NCBI GenBank assembly: GCA_963756875.1
Contig: CAVWPA010000001.1
Location: 160,001 to 224,000, forward strand
Length of the DNA stretch: 64,000 bases
Direction of reading: 5' to 3'
Source: an uncultured Verrucomicrobiae bacterium
GTDB taxonomy: Bacteria; Verrucomicrobiota; Verrucomicrobiia; Chthoniobacterales; UBA10450
Of this stretch, positions 19,001-27,723 are shown one piece after another. A model generated the notes under the pieces. That model did no database searches. It worked only from the letters and a program-made list of their open reading frames with translations, and was not told where the DNA came from. Numbering within the stretch: position 1 is the stretch's first letter; the number at the start of each line of letters is the position of its first letter. The position numbers and the translations under genes are program-made.

Positions 19001-21476
19001 CGACAGCGTGCTGAATGTCCGTTGGGCCAAGGTTGGCCAGCGTGAACGTGTAGGTAAACAGTCCGCCCGGCGCCACGCTCGCTGGCGCGGAGGTGACTGT
19101 GAACGAAATCGGTCCTTCGATGTTCGTTCCGTTGGAGGGCGAACCCGACACGGTTCCGAACGGCTGCGGCGGGTTACTGGCACTGGAAATCGAATAGGCG
19201 TTTAGGCGCAGGCTCTGATTGATGCGGACGTTGCTGGACAAATGTACCTTAAAAGAAACGGTGTTGAAGAGGCATTGACCCGAAGGCGGTGTTGCAAGGT
19301 CGCCCACGGTCCAGACAATCTTTGTGCCGTCTGGGCTGAGAGTGCCGAATGGGCTGATGAAAGTGGGAACGTACAGGTGGTGAGAGTTGTTAGCATCCAG
19401 ATAATCGGGGATCAGCGCAGTGATCTGAAGGTTCCTGGCCGGCGCCGAGCCGCAATTGGCGAATGTGATTGTAAACGTCACGTCGTCGCCGATGTGGGTA
19501 ACGTTGCCGTTGATGGGATCGCTGGTCGATGTCAGCTTGGCCGAGATGGCGAGCGAAGCTTGTTGCAAAGACAACGGTCCGAGCGGCGTGGAGACGATGT
19601 CGCTCTCGTTGGTTTTCGATGCGATGGCGCGGAAATAAATCGCGCTACCTGCCGGATACGCGGCGGTATCCAGAACGTAGCCGCCGGAGTTCGCCGGCGT
19701 CTCGGTCATGTGGCCGCTGTTGCCGTCTACTAAATCCGTCCAGCTCGCTTCCGTGTCCGGCGTTGTGGTCGATTGCACCCGAACCGTCCGCCCACTCTCT
19801 GTTGTCGCTGTGAAATGAATGCTTCCTCCGGGCGTTGCGGGCCCTGTTTCGGAGAACGTGATACCCGGCGTCGGGGTGGGTGTCGGCGTCGGCGTCGGCG
19901 TCGCGGTGGGCGTGGGTGTCGGCGTCGGCGTGGGAGTTGTGGCCTGCACCAGAACGGTTGGGATATTCCAGCTTGGGCTCTTTACGGCTAGATCCTCCAC
20001 GATGAATTGCGGATCGCCGGTGACTGTCAATTGGCCCGGCGAGACGCGGACAAAATCGGTGATCGGCGTCGGCGCTCGCGTCGTATCTGTAACGGTGAAA
20101 ACATCGATCGGCAGCTCAGCCATCACGTCGTTAAAGGTCGCAACCTGTCGAGCCGCATCCGTTTTCACAATCCACCAATCGGCCTTGCCGTGATTGTCTG
20201 AAGGCTCGCCCATGTAGCTGTAGGTATTGGTGGTGAAAGCATAGCCGCCGTCATTCATTGCAACGGCTGCGCCGGTGCTGCTCGCAAGCACTGCGCCGTT
20301 CTGCGCACTGGGGCCTTCGTCTCGTTCGCCGCCCAGAACGCTAACGAATTGCAACGCGCCGGTCGAATCCAGTTTCATCAGTGCCGCCTTGAACGGGCGA
20401 TAACTCACCGGCGAGCTGCCGAAAATCAAGAAGCCGCCATCACCAGTGAGCGCGATGCTCGACGGGTTGAACAATCCTTCGCCGCCGCCCCCAGCGGTGG
20501 TCCCGCGCCGAATCACTTTCTCAAACTGCTCGCTGAGGTCGGCGTTGAGCTTGCGCACAATCAACCCGCCACGAAGATACCCTACGCTGTCCCCGAGTTG
20601 GCTCAGTGTCGCGTAGCCGCCGTCGGGTGTAGCGATAACTTGGATCGGTAATTCGTATGTCCCGTCAGTCCACGGATAAGTTATCTGCGAAACGATGTCG
20701 CCATTGGAATCGAGCAGCACCGCAGCCATGCCGTTTTTGCCGTAGGCAAGTTGTTTGATGGCCAGGTACTGTGAGCCATCATGGGATTGGCAAATCGCTT
20801 GCGTGGAATTGTATTGGTCCGGATATTCCAGCTCTGAAAAAAGCCCGAGCGAGCCGTCGCCATTAAACTTCGCCACAATCGGCACGCTGTGATAGCCGGT
20901 TGGATTGATCGATGAGCCGACAACTACGCCGCCATCGGCGGTCAGTCCCATCGTGTGAAACGATGTCAGGCCCGCAATTCCGTTTTGCCAGATCAGCGTG
21001 CCAGCCGAATTAAACTTCGCGACTATGGGCAGGATGAATTGTTCGGTCGCGATGAAAATGTTGCCTTGCGAGTCTGTGGCCACCTGATAGACGCGGCTTG
21101 GCGGGTTGGCGCCGTGATTGGTGTCAGGTCGCAATAATTTTTCCCAAATGATGTCGCCATTCGGCCCGTAACGGACCAGAGCTGCACCGGTTCCCCCAAG
21201 ATTTTCCAGCTCCGGTAAACCGAGCTGACCCGCAACAACCACACCGCCGTCGGGCATTCTGGCGATGCCGATCGCTGTGTCGTAGCCACCAGGCCGGTCG
21301 TAACCCGCAGGTGTGCCGTCATTATTGACGCTCAATGTACCGAAGCTCTGAGCCCAGGTATCGCCAGAACCGGCAGGGGCGTTCTTCTGGACGTAGGCGC
21401 TCACGCCGCCCACGAACATCGACAGTAGAATTGCTAGCGGGACAATTGATCTTGTTTTCATAATCATGCCTTTCAC
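16038..21476 (-). CDS. giant secreted/surface protein: beta-propeller-like N-terminus, PT linker, DUF11-like Ig domains, C-terminal AGGGN repeats
   Basis: Signal peptide; (TP)n linker; GDxxTFTITxxNxG DUF11-like motifs; 17 xxxAGGGN octapeptides. Confidence 0.85.
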   Translation of the reverse strand: MKGMIMKTRSIVPLAILLSMFVGGVSAYVQKNAPAGSGDTWAQSFGTLSVNNDGTPAGYDRPGGYDTAIGIARMPDGGVVVAGQLGLPELENLGGTGAALVRYGPNGDIIWEKLLRPDTNHGANPPSRVYQVATDSQGNIFIATEQFILPIVAKFNSAGTLIWQNGIAGLTSFHTMGLTADGGVVVGSSINPTGYHSVPIVAKFNGDGSLGLFSELEYPDQYNSTQAICQSHDGSQYLAIKQLAYGKNGMAAVLLDSNGDIVSQITYPWTDGTYELPIQVIATPDGGYATLSQLGDSVGYLRGGLIVRKLNADLSEQFEKVIRRGTTAGGGGEGLFNPSSIALTGDGGFLIFGSSPVSYRPFKAALMKLDSTGALQFVSVLGGERDEGPSAQNGAVLASSTGAAVAMNDGGYAFTTNTYSYMGEPSDNHGKADWWIVKTDAARQVATFNDVMAELPIDVFTVTDTTRAPTPITDFVRVSPGQLTVTGDPQFIVEDLAVKSPSWNIPTVLVQATTPTPTPTPTPTATPTPTPTPTPTPGITFSETGPATPGGSIHFTATTESGRTVRVQSTTTPDTEASWTDLVDGNSGHMTETPANSGGYVLDTAAYPAGSAIYFRAIASKTNESDIVSTPLGPLSLQQASLAISAKLTSTSDPINGNVTHIGDDVTFTITFANCGSAPARNLQITALIPDYLDANNSHHLYVPTFISPFGTLSPDGTKIVWTVGDLATPPSGQCLFNTVSFKVHLSSNVRINQSLRLNAYSISSASNPPQPFGTVSGSPSNGTNIEGPISFTVTSAPASVAPGGLFTYTFTLANLGPTDIQHAVAVVTVPEFARWAPSYSINGGSFSGLSYNNGGTAAIQGKQIYSTGNLPPEIVIDIEGTVVKKKKKTIQNPALVAHGSMTFSVTFQAQWADPADVPKISTIDYGAAFLTNTAYAQFSSAFAAGIPISSMDFMMFIRNASNDIALSTNDSGVIDITLQGSLDNQPVLALAKVISNLPTQTVADGSGQSVNIVKPGDQISFILTATNNGKSEADAVYIQDRMPDHATFVSAQLLYPLPTPAPSTGHGGKHKKKKSPPPAPAPVPIPLQPVLDPDGHHLRFEGFTLASKASIAIVYTVQVDSGANAPVSGTFINADDPNNQPESASSIGSTSTPHTPVGYFGMAGGGGHGNAAIEVIGDVQFARPLLEGMLVRPATVSTDVNATKAALDALYNSSFAAYISAVPPNPSDPTSYLPGEERYYIHYKNIGTTTATGVNLDVTLPAHTVFYRAGFAGLTNRAIPGSILPLSLTPAGFGVEPPTDPSHPGIVRFTFNQLPPGEGDVMVEVIVTQDAIQQTGSLVGDNIAPALTIYDNTVQAASLALAGAAQTISSAPLTNLAQIVGDSPKRDIFNPFGFLDFMKPHQATATLKAEPVADAQHVPKLGVQRIIATNGNGRDTVVAGSTFTVTFVIYNYGDNEVRNPGLVFLLPTGANYVSVAATIPGAGHQNPNFIQEGTTVDVNLDFLDPHTAGAVTFTFQASGALFSTITFGGDGPGHAHINASFLGVIDTDPASISIVSGGNPLFSDGPTTHITNNGGPPLNHFIFNGGDVTIIDIGGNNLVAAGGGNLVAAGGGNIIAAGGGNLVAAGGGNAISTGVTTAAALLDNAASIVSAGGGNIIAAGGGNLVAAGGGNALPGGLVGPGAGQLVGNGVVSAGGGNLIAAGGGNIIGSNSAGVVSAGGGNIIGSNSAGVVSAGGGNVVSAGGGNLVAAGGGNLIAAGGGNIISSNSGGVVSAGGGNILASTPDSTASIVTASGNIISAGGGNLVAAGGGN
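16041..16690 (-). repeat. coding 24-bp/8-aa tandem repeats (L/I/V)(V/I)(A/S)AGGGN
   Basis: Counted directly in the translation; the repeats run to the stop codon. Confidence 0.95.
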
Positions 21477-21570
21477 CTGCTAACGCGGCGAATTCGGCTG
21501 CAACGGACCAGAAAAGTTGGAAATAAATGCAAGCTCGACGGTTCTACGGAAAATTGGTAAGATCCTGGCA

Positions 21571-22176
21571 ATGCAAAGGACGGTAATCTCCTCCGGTAGT
21601 TCACCGGCGTTTCAGCCGGCACTAATCGACGATCTGACGTCGACCGTTTCAACGGCGGACGCCGCCACGATTCGTGGGATGTTACCGGCCGTTTACGATG
21701 AACTGCGCCGCGTCGCGGCTGGATTTATGCGCGATGAACAGCCTAACCACACACTTCAGCCGACTGCCCTGGTGCATGAGGCGTATCTTCGCATGGCCGA
21801 TCAGCGGCAATCAACCTGGCAGAATCGCGCGCAATTACTCGGCATCTTCGCACGGATGATGCGCCGTATTTTGATCGATCATGCCAACGCCCGTTTCGCC
21901 GCGAAGCGCGGTGGCAGGGAGGCGGTGCGGATCGCTCTCGACGACGATCTTGAAATCTACAGTCGCCAGGAAATTGATCTGCTCGAGGTGGATGAGGCGT
22001 TGCGCAATCTCGAGCATCTCGATCCGCCCCAGGCCAAGGTCGTGGAGATGCGATTTTTTGGCGGATTAACCATCGATGAGATTGCCAAGGCGCTCGATAT
22101 TTCGCCGACAACCGTGAAACGCGAATGGGCGGTCGCAAAACGCTGGCTTCAGCGCGAACTGTCGCGCCCCGTGTAG
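21571..22176 (+). CDS. ECF sigma factor, kinase-associated (TIGR02999/ECF43-like)
   Basis: VYDELRRVA, HTLQPTALVHEAYLR, MMRRILIDHA, VVEMRFFGGLT, TVKREW. Confidence 0.92.
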   Translation: MQRTVISSGSSPAFQPALIDDLTSTVSTADAATIRGMLPAVYDELRRVAAGFMRDEQPNHTLQPTALVHEAYLRMADQRQSTWQNRAQLLGIFARMMRRILIDHANARFAAKRGGREAVRIALDDDLEIYSRQEIDLLEVDEALRNLEHLDPPQAKVVEMRFFGGLTIDEIAKALDISPTTVKREWAVAKRWLQRELSRPV

Positions 22177-22179
22177 AGA

Positions 22180-24936
22180 TTGAAGCCGCCGAACAGAGCA
22201 GAGCTGACTGCGGAACGGTGGCAACGCGTTAAAGTCATCGTTGCCGAAGCACTTGAAGAAAAATCGTTGCCGGCGCGCATCGTGTTGGTCAAAGAACGCT
22301 GCGGGGACGATGTTGATCTCTTAAGGGAAGTAGAATCTCTTCTCGAACAAACAACGGAGTCGCTGGAAGACTTTGCCGAAAGCGCCACCGAGTCGTTTCG
22401 ACGGGAAATGTCGATCCTGTCTCCGGGAAACCGGGTAGGAGCCTACGCGGTTGTGGGCGAGTTGGGCCGCGGAGGAATGGGTGCGGTTTTTCTGGCGGAG
22501 AGAGCGGACGGAGCGTTCAAAAAGCAAGTCGCGATTAAAATTTTAAAGCGCGGCACCGATACCGATGAAGTCCTTCGGCGATTTCGCGCCGAGCGCGAAA
22601 TTCTGGCGAGACTGGATCATCCGAACATTGCTCGATTGATTGATGCCGGAACGACCGACGACGGCCTGCCCTACCTGGTCATGGACTATGTCGATGGCAA
22701 GCCGATTACCAAATACGCGGACGAACATGAGTTGTCTGTCACCGAACGGCTTAAGCTGTTTCGAGTCGTTTGTTCGGCTGTAAGTTATGCGCACCAGAAT
22801 CTGGTCATTCATCGCGACATCAAGCCGAGCAACGTGTTTGTGACCAAAATGGGCGAAATCAAGCTGCTCGACTTCGGCATTGCCAAACTCTTGCAGGAGG
22901 CCGGCGTAGAACAGGCAGATGTCACTCTGACCGTGCACCGGGTGATGACCCCGGAGTACGCCAGCCCCGAGCAAGTAAAGGGCGAGCCGGTCACAACGGT
23001 CAGCGATGTCTATTCGTTAGGCGTCTTTCTTTATGAGTTACTTACCGGCCAACGGCCGTACAAGCTCAAACAAAGAACGCCGGACGAGATCACGAAAGCC
23101 ATCTGCGATCAGGAGCCCGAACGGCCCAGCACGGCCATCGCCAAAGGCGTCGGAAATGCCAAGGTCCAAATCCCGAATTCCAAATTATTGCGCGGCGACC
23201 TGGATAACATTGTCTTGAAAGCGCTTCGAAAGGAGCCCCAGCGGCGTTACGCTTCGGTCGATTTACTCTCCGAAGATATCCGGCGCCATCTGGAAGGCCT
23301 GCCGGTGCGCGCGCGCAAAGACACTCCCGCGTACCGCGCGTCAAAATTCGTTCGACGCCATAAGCTGAGTGTTGCCGCCACGGTCCTTGTCGCATTGGCA
23401 TTGGTCGCAGGAACCATTACCACGGCATGGCAAGCGCATAAGGCGAACATTGAAAGGGCAAGAGCCGAAAAGCGTTTTAGCCAGGTCCGTAAGCTAGCCC
23501 ACTCGATGTTATTCGATTATCACGATCAAATCGCGGCCCTTCCCGGATCGACAAAGGTGCGCGAACAACTTGTTAGGAATTCGCTGGAGTATCTCGACAG
23601 TCTGTCAAAGGAGGCGGGTACAGATCTGGGTCTGTTGCGAGAGTTGGCCGCAGCTTATGAGAAGGTGGCAATGGTGCAGGGTGGCGTAAGTGTATCGCGT
23701 CGCGGGACTGCCCTCACAGCATCGAACCTGGGAGATACCCAGGGGGCAATCGAGAGTCTGCGCAAGGCCCTGACTATACGCGAGAAGGTATCATCCTTGG
23801 ACAAAAACAACAAGGATACTCAGCAAGAGTTGGCCTTTTGCTATGAGAGAATAGGGGTGCTTTACGTCTACAGGGGCCCGCCAGGCAAGGCTATTGAGAA
23901 CCTGCGTAAAGCAACGCCGATTCTAGAGGGCCTGCTGGCGAGCGATCCTGCGAACGAAGATCTTCAATATGCTCTGGTTGATAATTATCAGGGCATATCC
24001 AAATCGTTAGGCAACCCGAGTGTGCCGAATCTGGGAGATACCAAGGGCGCATTGGAATACATACGTAAAGCTCAGCCAATCGCAGAAAAACTGGTCCTCG
24101 ATCATCCTGCAAATCCTGCTTATCAACTCTATCTCGCCGGTATTCATAACGCATTTTCGTGGGTGCTGAGCGTAAGCGGCGAGCTGCCCGATGCGCTGGA
24201 CCATGCGCGGAAAGCCGTAACAATTAGCCGAGAACTGGTTAAGAGAGAGCCGGGCAATACGTTGTACCGGACCCAGCTCGCTAACGAGCTCGCGCTCTCC
24301 GGCCGAACGATGCTAAAGACGGGCGATAACGTTGGGGCGCTGGAAAGCTTCAAAGAGGGGACCTCGATTTACGAGACTGTCTCGACAGCCGATCGCGGCG
24401 ACAACTATGCCTTGAAGGGTGTCGCCATCGGCTATCGCAACATGGGCGTCGCGCTAAACGCGATAGGCGAGCACGAGCGTGCGTTAAGTCAGTTCCGTAA
24501 GGCGCGGAAAATATTCGCGCAAACCGTAGCGAAAGATCCCACAAATGCAGACTCTCGGGGCAAATTGGCGAGTGTTTATCTCGATATGAGCCGAGCCCAG
24601 CTGCCCGAGGGCGATTTAAACGGCGCAGTCGAAAGCACTCTCCAGGGGATCAAAATTGATGAAGGGTTGGTGGCTGCCGCTCCGAGGAACGCGATCGCGC
24701 GCAACGCTCTGGCCTCGCTTTATTCGCAATTGGGCGCGGCCCATGCCGCGCTGGGCCAAAAAGCGAGTCCGAGCGAAAGCGGCAAGCATTGGCGAGCGGC
24801 AAGAGATGCCTACCGCAAGAGCCTTAATGCCTATCTCGACATGAAAGCAAAAGGTACGCTGAGCGTGGCGGATGGCGCAAAACCAACCGAAATGCTTCAG
24901 AAGATTGCGGATTGTGAAACAGCTTTGAATCGATAG
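22180..24936 (+). CDS. membrane Ser/Thr protein kinase with C-terminal TPR-like region
   Basis: GRGGMGAV, VAIK, HRDIKPSN, DFG, TPEYASPEQ; one TM helix; helical repeats. Confidence 0.95.
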   Translation: MKPPNRAELTAERWQRVKVIVAEALEEKSLPARIVLVKERCGDDVDLLREVESLLEQTTESLEDFAESATESFRREMSILSPGNRVGAYAVVGELGRGGMGAVFLAERADGAFKKQVAIKILKRGTDTDEVLRRFRAEREILARLDHPNIARLIDAGTTDDGLPYLVMDYVDGKPITKYADEHELSVTERLKLFRVVCSAVSYAHQNLVIHRDIKPSNVFVTKMGEIKLLDFGIAKLLQEAGVEQADVTLTVHRVMTPEYASPEQVKGEPVTTVSDVYSLGVFLYELLTGQRPYKLKQRTPDEITKAICDQEPERPSTAIAKGVGNAKVQIPNSKLLRGDLDNIVLKALRKEPQRRYASVDLLSEDIRRHLEGLPVRARKDTPAYRASKFVRRHKLSVAATVLVALALVAGTITTAWQAHKANIERARAEKRFSQVRKLAHSMLFDYHDQIAALPGSTKVREQLVRNSLEYLDSLSKEAGTDLGLLRELAAAYEKVAMVQGGVSVSRRGTALTASNLGDTQGAIESLRKALTIREKVSSLDKNNKDTQQELAFCYERIGVLYVYRGPPGKAIENLRKATPILEGLLASDPANEDLQYALVDNYQGISKSLGNPSVPNLGDTKGALEYIRKAQPIAEKLVLDHPANPAYQLYLAGIHNAFSWVLSVSGELPDALDHARKAVTISRELVKREPGNTLYRTQLANELALSGRTMLKTGDNVGALESFKEGTSIYETVSTADRGDNYALKGVAIGYRNMGVALNAIGEHERALSQFRKARKIFAQTVAKDPTNADSRGKLASVYLDMSRAQLPEGDLNGAVESTLQGIKIDEGLVAAAPRNAIARNALASLYSQLGAAHAALGQKASPSESGKHWRAARDAYRKSLNAYLDMKAKGTLSVADGAKPTEMLQKIADCETALNR

Positions 24937-24996
24937 TGAGTCGCTGTCGGCGCGGCCCCTCGCGCATCTTGCCGGCAGGCGGAAATAGCCGTTTCG

Positions 24997-26163
24997 TTAC
25001 GAAATCGCGCCGAATGCGAGTCCGAGACTGTAAGTCACTCCGGCTTCGATCACGCCGACCAGCGTCATTTCGAACCCCGACGCCCACCAGGAGCGAATGG
25101 TGATGAGCGATTTGGCGGCGCCCACTATGAAATGGGCGACGATGCTGATCACGAATGCTGCTGCCACCGCCGCGAAGCCGCTCATGAAAAAGAACGGGAT
25201 GATCGGAATGAACGCGCCAATCGCGGTGGAGATTGCGGCCGAGGCGGACGATTTCCATGGATTGGGAAAACGATGCTCGGATAGGCCAAGTTCGCTCTGC
25301 GCCATTGCCTGCACCAGTTGTTCCGGTTGTTCCGCGAGGCGCTCCGCCATTTTTTGCGATTCTTCGGGGGTAAATCCCTGCAACTGGTAGAAGAGCGACA
25401 TCTCTTCGATTTCTTCCTCGGGATTTTCTTCCACTTCCGCTTTTTCGCGCGCGATCTCCGCTTCGTAAACTTCGCCTTCGCTTTTCACGGCCAGGTACGC
25501 GCCGGCGCCCATCGATAGGGACGAAGCAATCATTCCCGCCAGGCCGGAGATCAGAATGTAGTGTTGCGCGTTGTCCGTCGCACCGGCCACCCCGGAAACA
25601 ATTCCAAACACCGCGCCCAGGCCGTCGTTCACTCCATAAATCGCATCCGCGACCCAGCTACCGCCGCGCCCGTGCCACCGCTCACGTTTTAGGATGGTAT
25701 CCAGCACCGTGCGGGGGCTGGGCGGCGGCGCCATTGTTTGCAACGCGCGCGCGTGCGCTTTTTCTTCCAGCGCGCTTTCCCGCAGGAAATCCTTCACGTC
25801 GTGTTCGCCGGCCAGCGCGCGATCGCGCTGGTCGCGGAATTCCGCCTCGTGTTTTTCCTCGGCCGCTTCCATCCGGCGAATCGCAATGTCGGTGCCGAGC
25901 CCGCGATTCAGCCATCGCTTAAACCGGCGCCCAAGCGTGTCGGGCAAAGTGGGAGCGGGTTCCCCAAGGTCGGTGAGTTTCTTTTCCCAGCGTTGCGCGT
26001 GGCGCTCTTCGGCCTCCGCCATACGCGTCAAGATTCCCTTCCGCTTTTCGTCTTTTTCCCGCGCCGCCAGTTCCCGATATGCCTCCGCTGTCTCGACTTC
26101 AGCGCGCCAATTACGTCTGACTACCTCGACGGTTTCTTTCCGGTCTGGCGGATCGTTGGGCAT
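24997..26163 (-). CDS. VIT1/CCC1 transporter with N-terminal ferritin/rubrerythrin-like domain
   Basis: EAEERHA and EEKAHA ExxH motifs; DAIYGVNDGL, SLSMGAGAYL. Confidence 0.9.
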   Translation of the reverse strand: MPNDPPDRKETVEVVRRNWRAEVETAEAYRELAAREKDEKRKGILTRMAEAEERHAQRWEKKLTDLGEPAPTLPDTLGRRFKRWLNRGLGTDIAIRRMEAAEEKHEAEFRDQRDRALAGEHDVKDFLRESALEEKAHARALQTMAPPPSPRTVLDTILKRERWHGRGGSWVADAIYGVNDGLGAVFGIVSGVAGATDNAQHYILISGLAGMIASSLSMGAGAYLAVKSEGEVYEAEIAREKAEVEENPEEEIEEMSLFYQLQGFTPEESQKMAERLAEQPEQLVQAMAQSELGLSEHRFPNPWKSSASAAISTAIGAFIPIIPFFFMSGFAAVAAAFVISIVAHFIVGAAKSLITIRSWWASGFEMTLVGVIEAGVTYSLGLAFGAIS

Positions 26164-26275
26164 GGCAGATTAAAGCCGTGGCATTGGCGTCCTGCCAACA
26201 ATTATTCGGAACGTCTGCCAGCCTCCTGCTCGTAGAGCCATACGGCTCGGAGAGAAACCGATGCCACATCGGACT

Positions 26276-27241
26276 TCATCTTGCACAATCAACCGGGTCT
26301 ACCGCGGCTGAGATCGGCGGCGCAGCTTGTGGTTTCAACTGTTGAGCTGTTATCACGAGCGCGACGGAGCCGACAATCAAACCTGCGGCAAACAGAGTGC
26401 GTAAAGACAGAGTTTCGTGTGCAAACAACGTTCCGAGAAAAACGGCCACGATCGGATTGACGTAAGCATAGGTTGCCACCTTCGAGGGATGGCAGTTGCG
26501 CAGAAGAAAAATGTAAGCTGGAAATCCAACCAGCGCGCCAATCGCAACCAGATAAATAAAGGCGCCCGATGAAAGCCAGGTGATGCGGTGGAAATCGAAC
26601 CCGCGGTATTCACCCAGCGTCACGCCGAAGAGAAAGAGCAATGCACCGCCACACAGCATTTGCTGACCGGCTGCGAGAAACGGCGACCGCGAGTTCTGCG
26701 CCGTGCGCGAATATAACGAGCCTGCCGACCAAAAAAGCGAGCCGACAAGCAGAATCGACATGCCCAAGGCAAGATGATCAGGCGAAGAGCGCGCGAACGA
26801 ACCGGCGAATGCGGGTCCAACCAGCACGGCCACGCCGGCAAACCCGCCGATCAGCCCGAGCCAGACAATCCGGGTCGGTGGCGCCGTCGTTCCGGTGATC
26901 CAGCCGAGCAATGTGATGTAAATTGGAACGGTTGCGACGAGCAGGGCGGCGAGTCCCGAAGGCACCCATTGCTCGGAAATGCACACCCCTCCGTTTCCGC
27001 CAAGCAACAAACATGCGCCGACGATGAGTGCGCTTCGCCAGGTTCGACGTTCAGGCTTCGGAGCGCCTTGGATACGGGCGATGGCGTACATGATTACGCC
27101 GGCCAGAAAATATCGTGTGCCCGCCATTAAAAGCGGCGGAATCGAACGAATAGCAAAGAGGATCCCAAGGTAGGTCGAACCCCAAATGAGGTAGAGAGCG
27201 GCAAATGCGAGAACGATCCAAATTCGTTTTGGTGCTGCCAC
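26276..27241 (-). CDS. EamA/DMT family transporter (YedA-like)
   Basis: LYLIWGSTYL, VPSGLAALLVATVP, TYAYVNPIVAV. Confidence 0.92.
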   Translation of the reverse strand: MAAPKRIWIVLAFAALYLIWGSTYLGILFAIRSIPPLLMAGTRYFLAGVIMYAIARIQGAPKPERRTWRSALIVGACLLLGGNGGVCISEQWVPSGLAALLVATVPIYITLLGWITGTTAPPTRIVWLGLIGGFAGVAVLVGPAFAGSFARSSPDHLALGMSILLVGSLFWSAGSLYSRTAQNSRSPFLAAGQQMLCGGALLFLFGVTLGEYRGFDFHRITWLSSGAFIYLVAIGALVGFPAYIFLLRNCHPSKVATYAYVNPIVAVFLGTLFAHETLSLRTLFAAGLIVGSVALVITAQQLKPQAAPPISAAVDPVDCAR

Positions 27242-27356
27242 AATGAAAGCACGAACGTAGCAGGAGTTTATCTTTCACCAAAAAGCGAATCGCCATGGCA
27301 GCGAACTGCGGTCCGGCCGACGGCAGAATAGGGAGGTTGGAAACAGCTCCTCTATT

Positions 27357-27614
27357 TCAGGAACGGCGGAAGATCAATCGATAGAGCAGGAGCAGGATCA
27401 TCGCTCCGACCACCGACATGATCCAGCCGGCAATATAATTGTCGCCCACAAAGAGGCGTCCAATCCATGTGCCAACAAATGCGCCCGCAATGCCCAGCAA
27501 CATCGTAACGATGCAGCCGCCGGGATCTTTTCCCGGCATCAACAGCTTAGCGATCGCTCCAATAACGAGACCGATGAGCAAAATCCAGATGATAGAATGA
27601 GCGGCAAAATCCAT
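27357..27614 (-). CDS. GlsB/YeaQ/YmgE transglycosylase-associated membrane protein
   Basis: GLVIGAIAKLLMPGKDPGG...GIAGAFVG. Confidence 0.92.
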   Translation of the reverse strand: MDFAAHSIIWILLIGLVIGAIAKLLMPGKDPGGCIVTMLLGIAGAFVGTWIGRLFVGDNYIAGWIMSVVGAMILLLLYRLIFRRS

Positions 27615-27723
27615 AGATGGGCGATTTTGAAGAGAGAATCAGAGCAGGTCAATCATGCAGTGTTGCGGCATGGTGTGCCCGGGGGATTACCACTCCGGGG
27701 AATCGGCAGGATGCCGATGCCAC

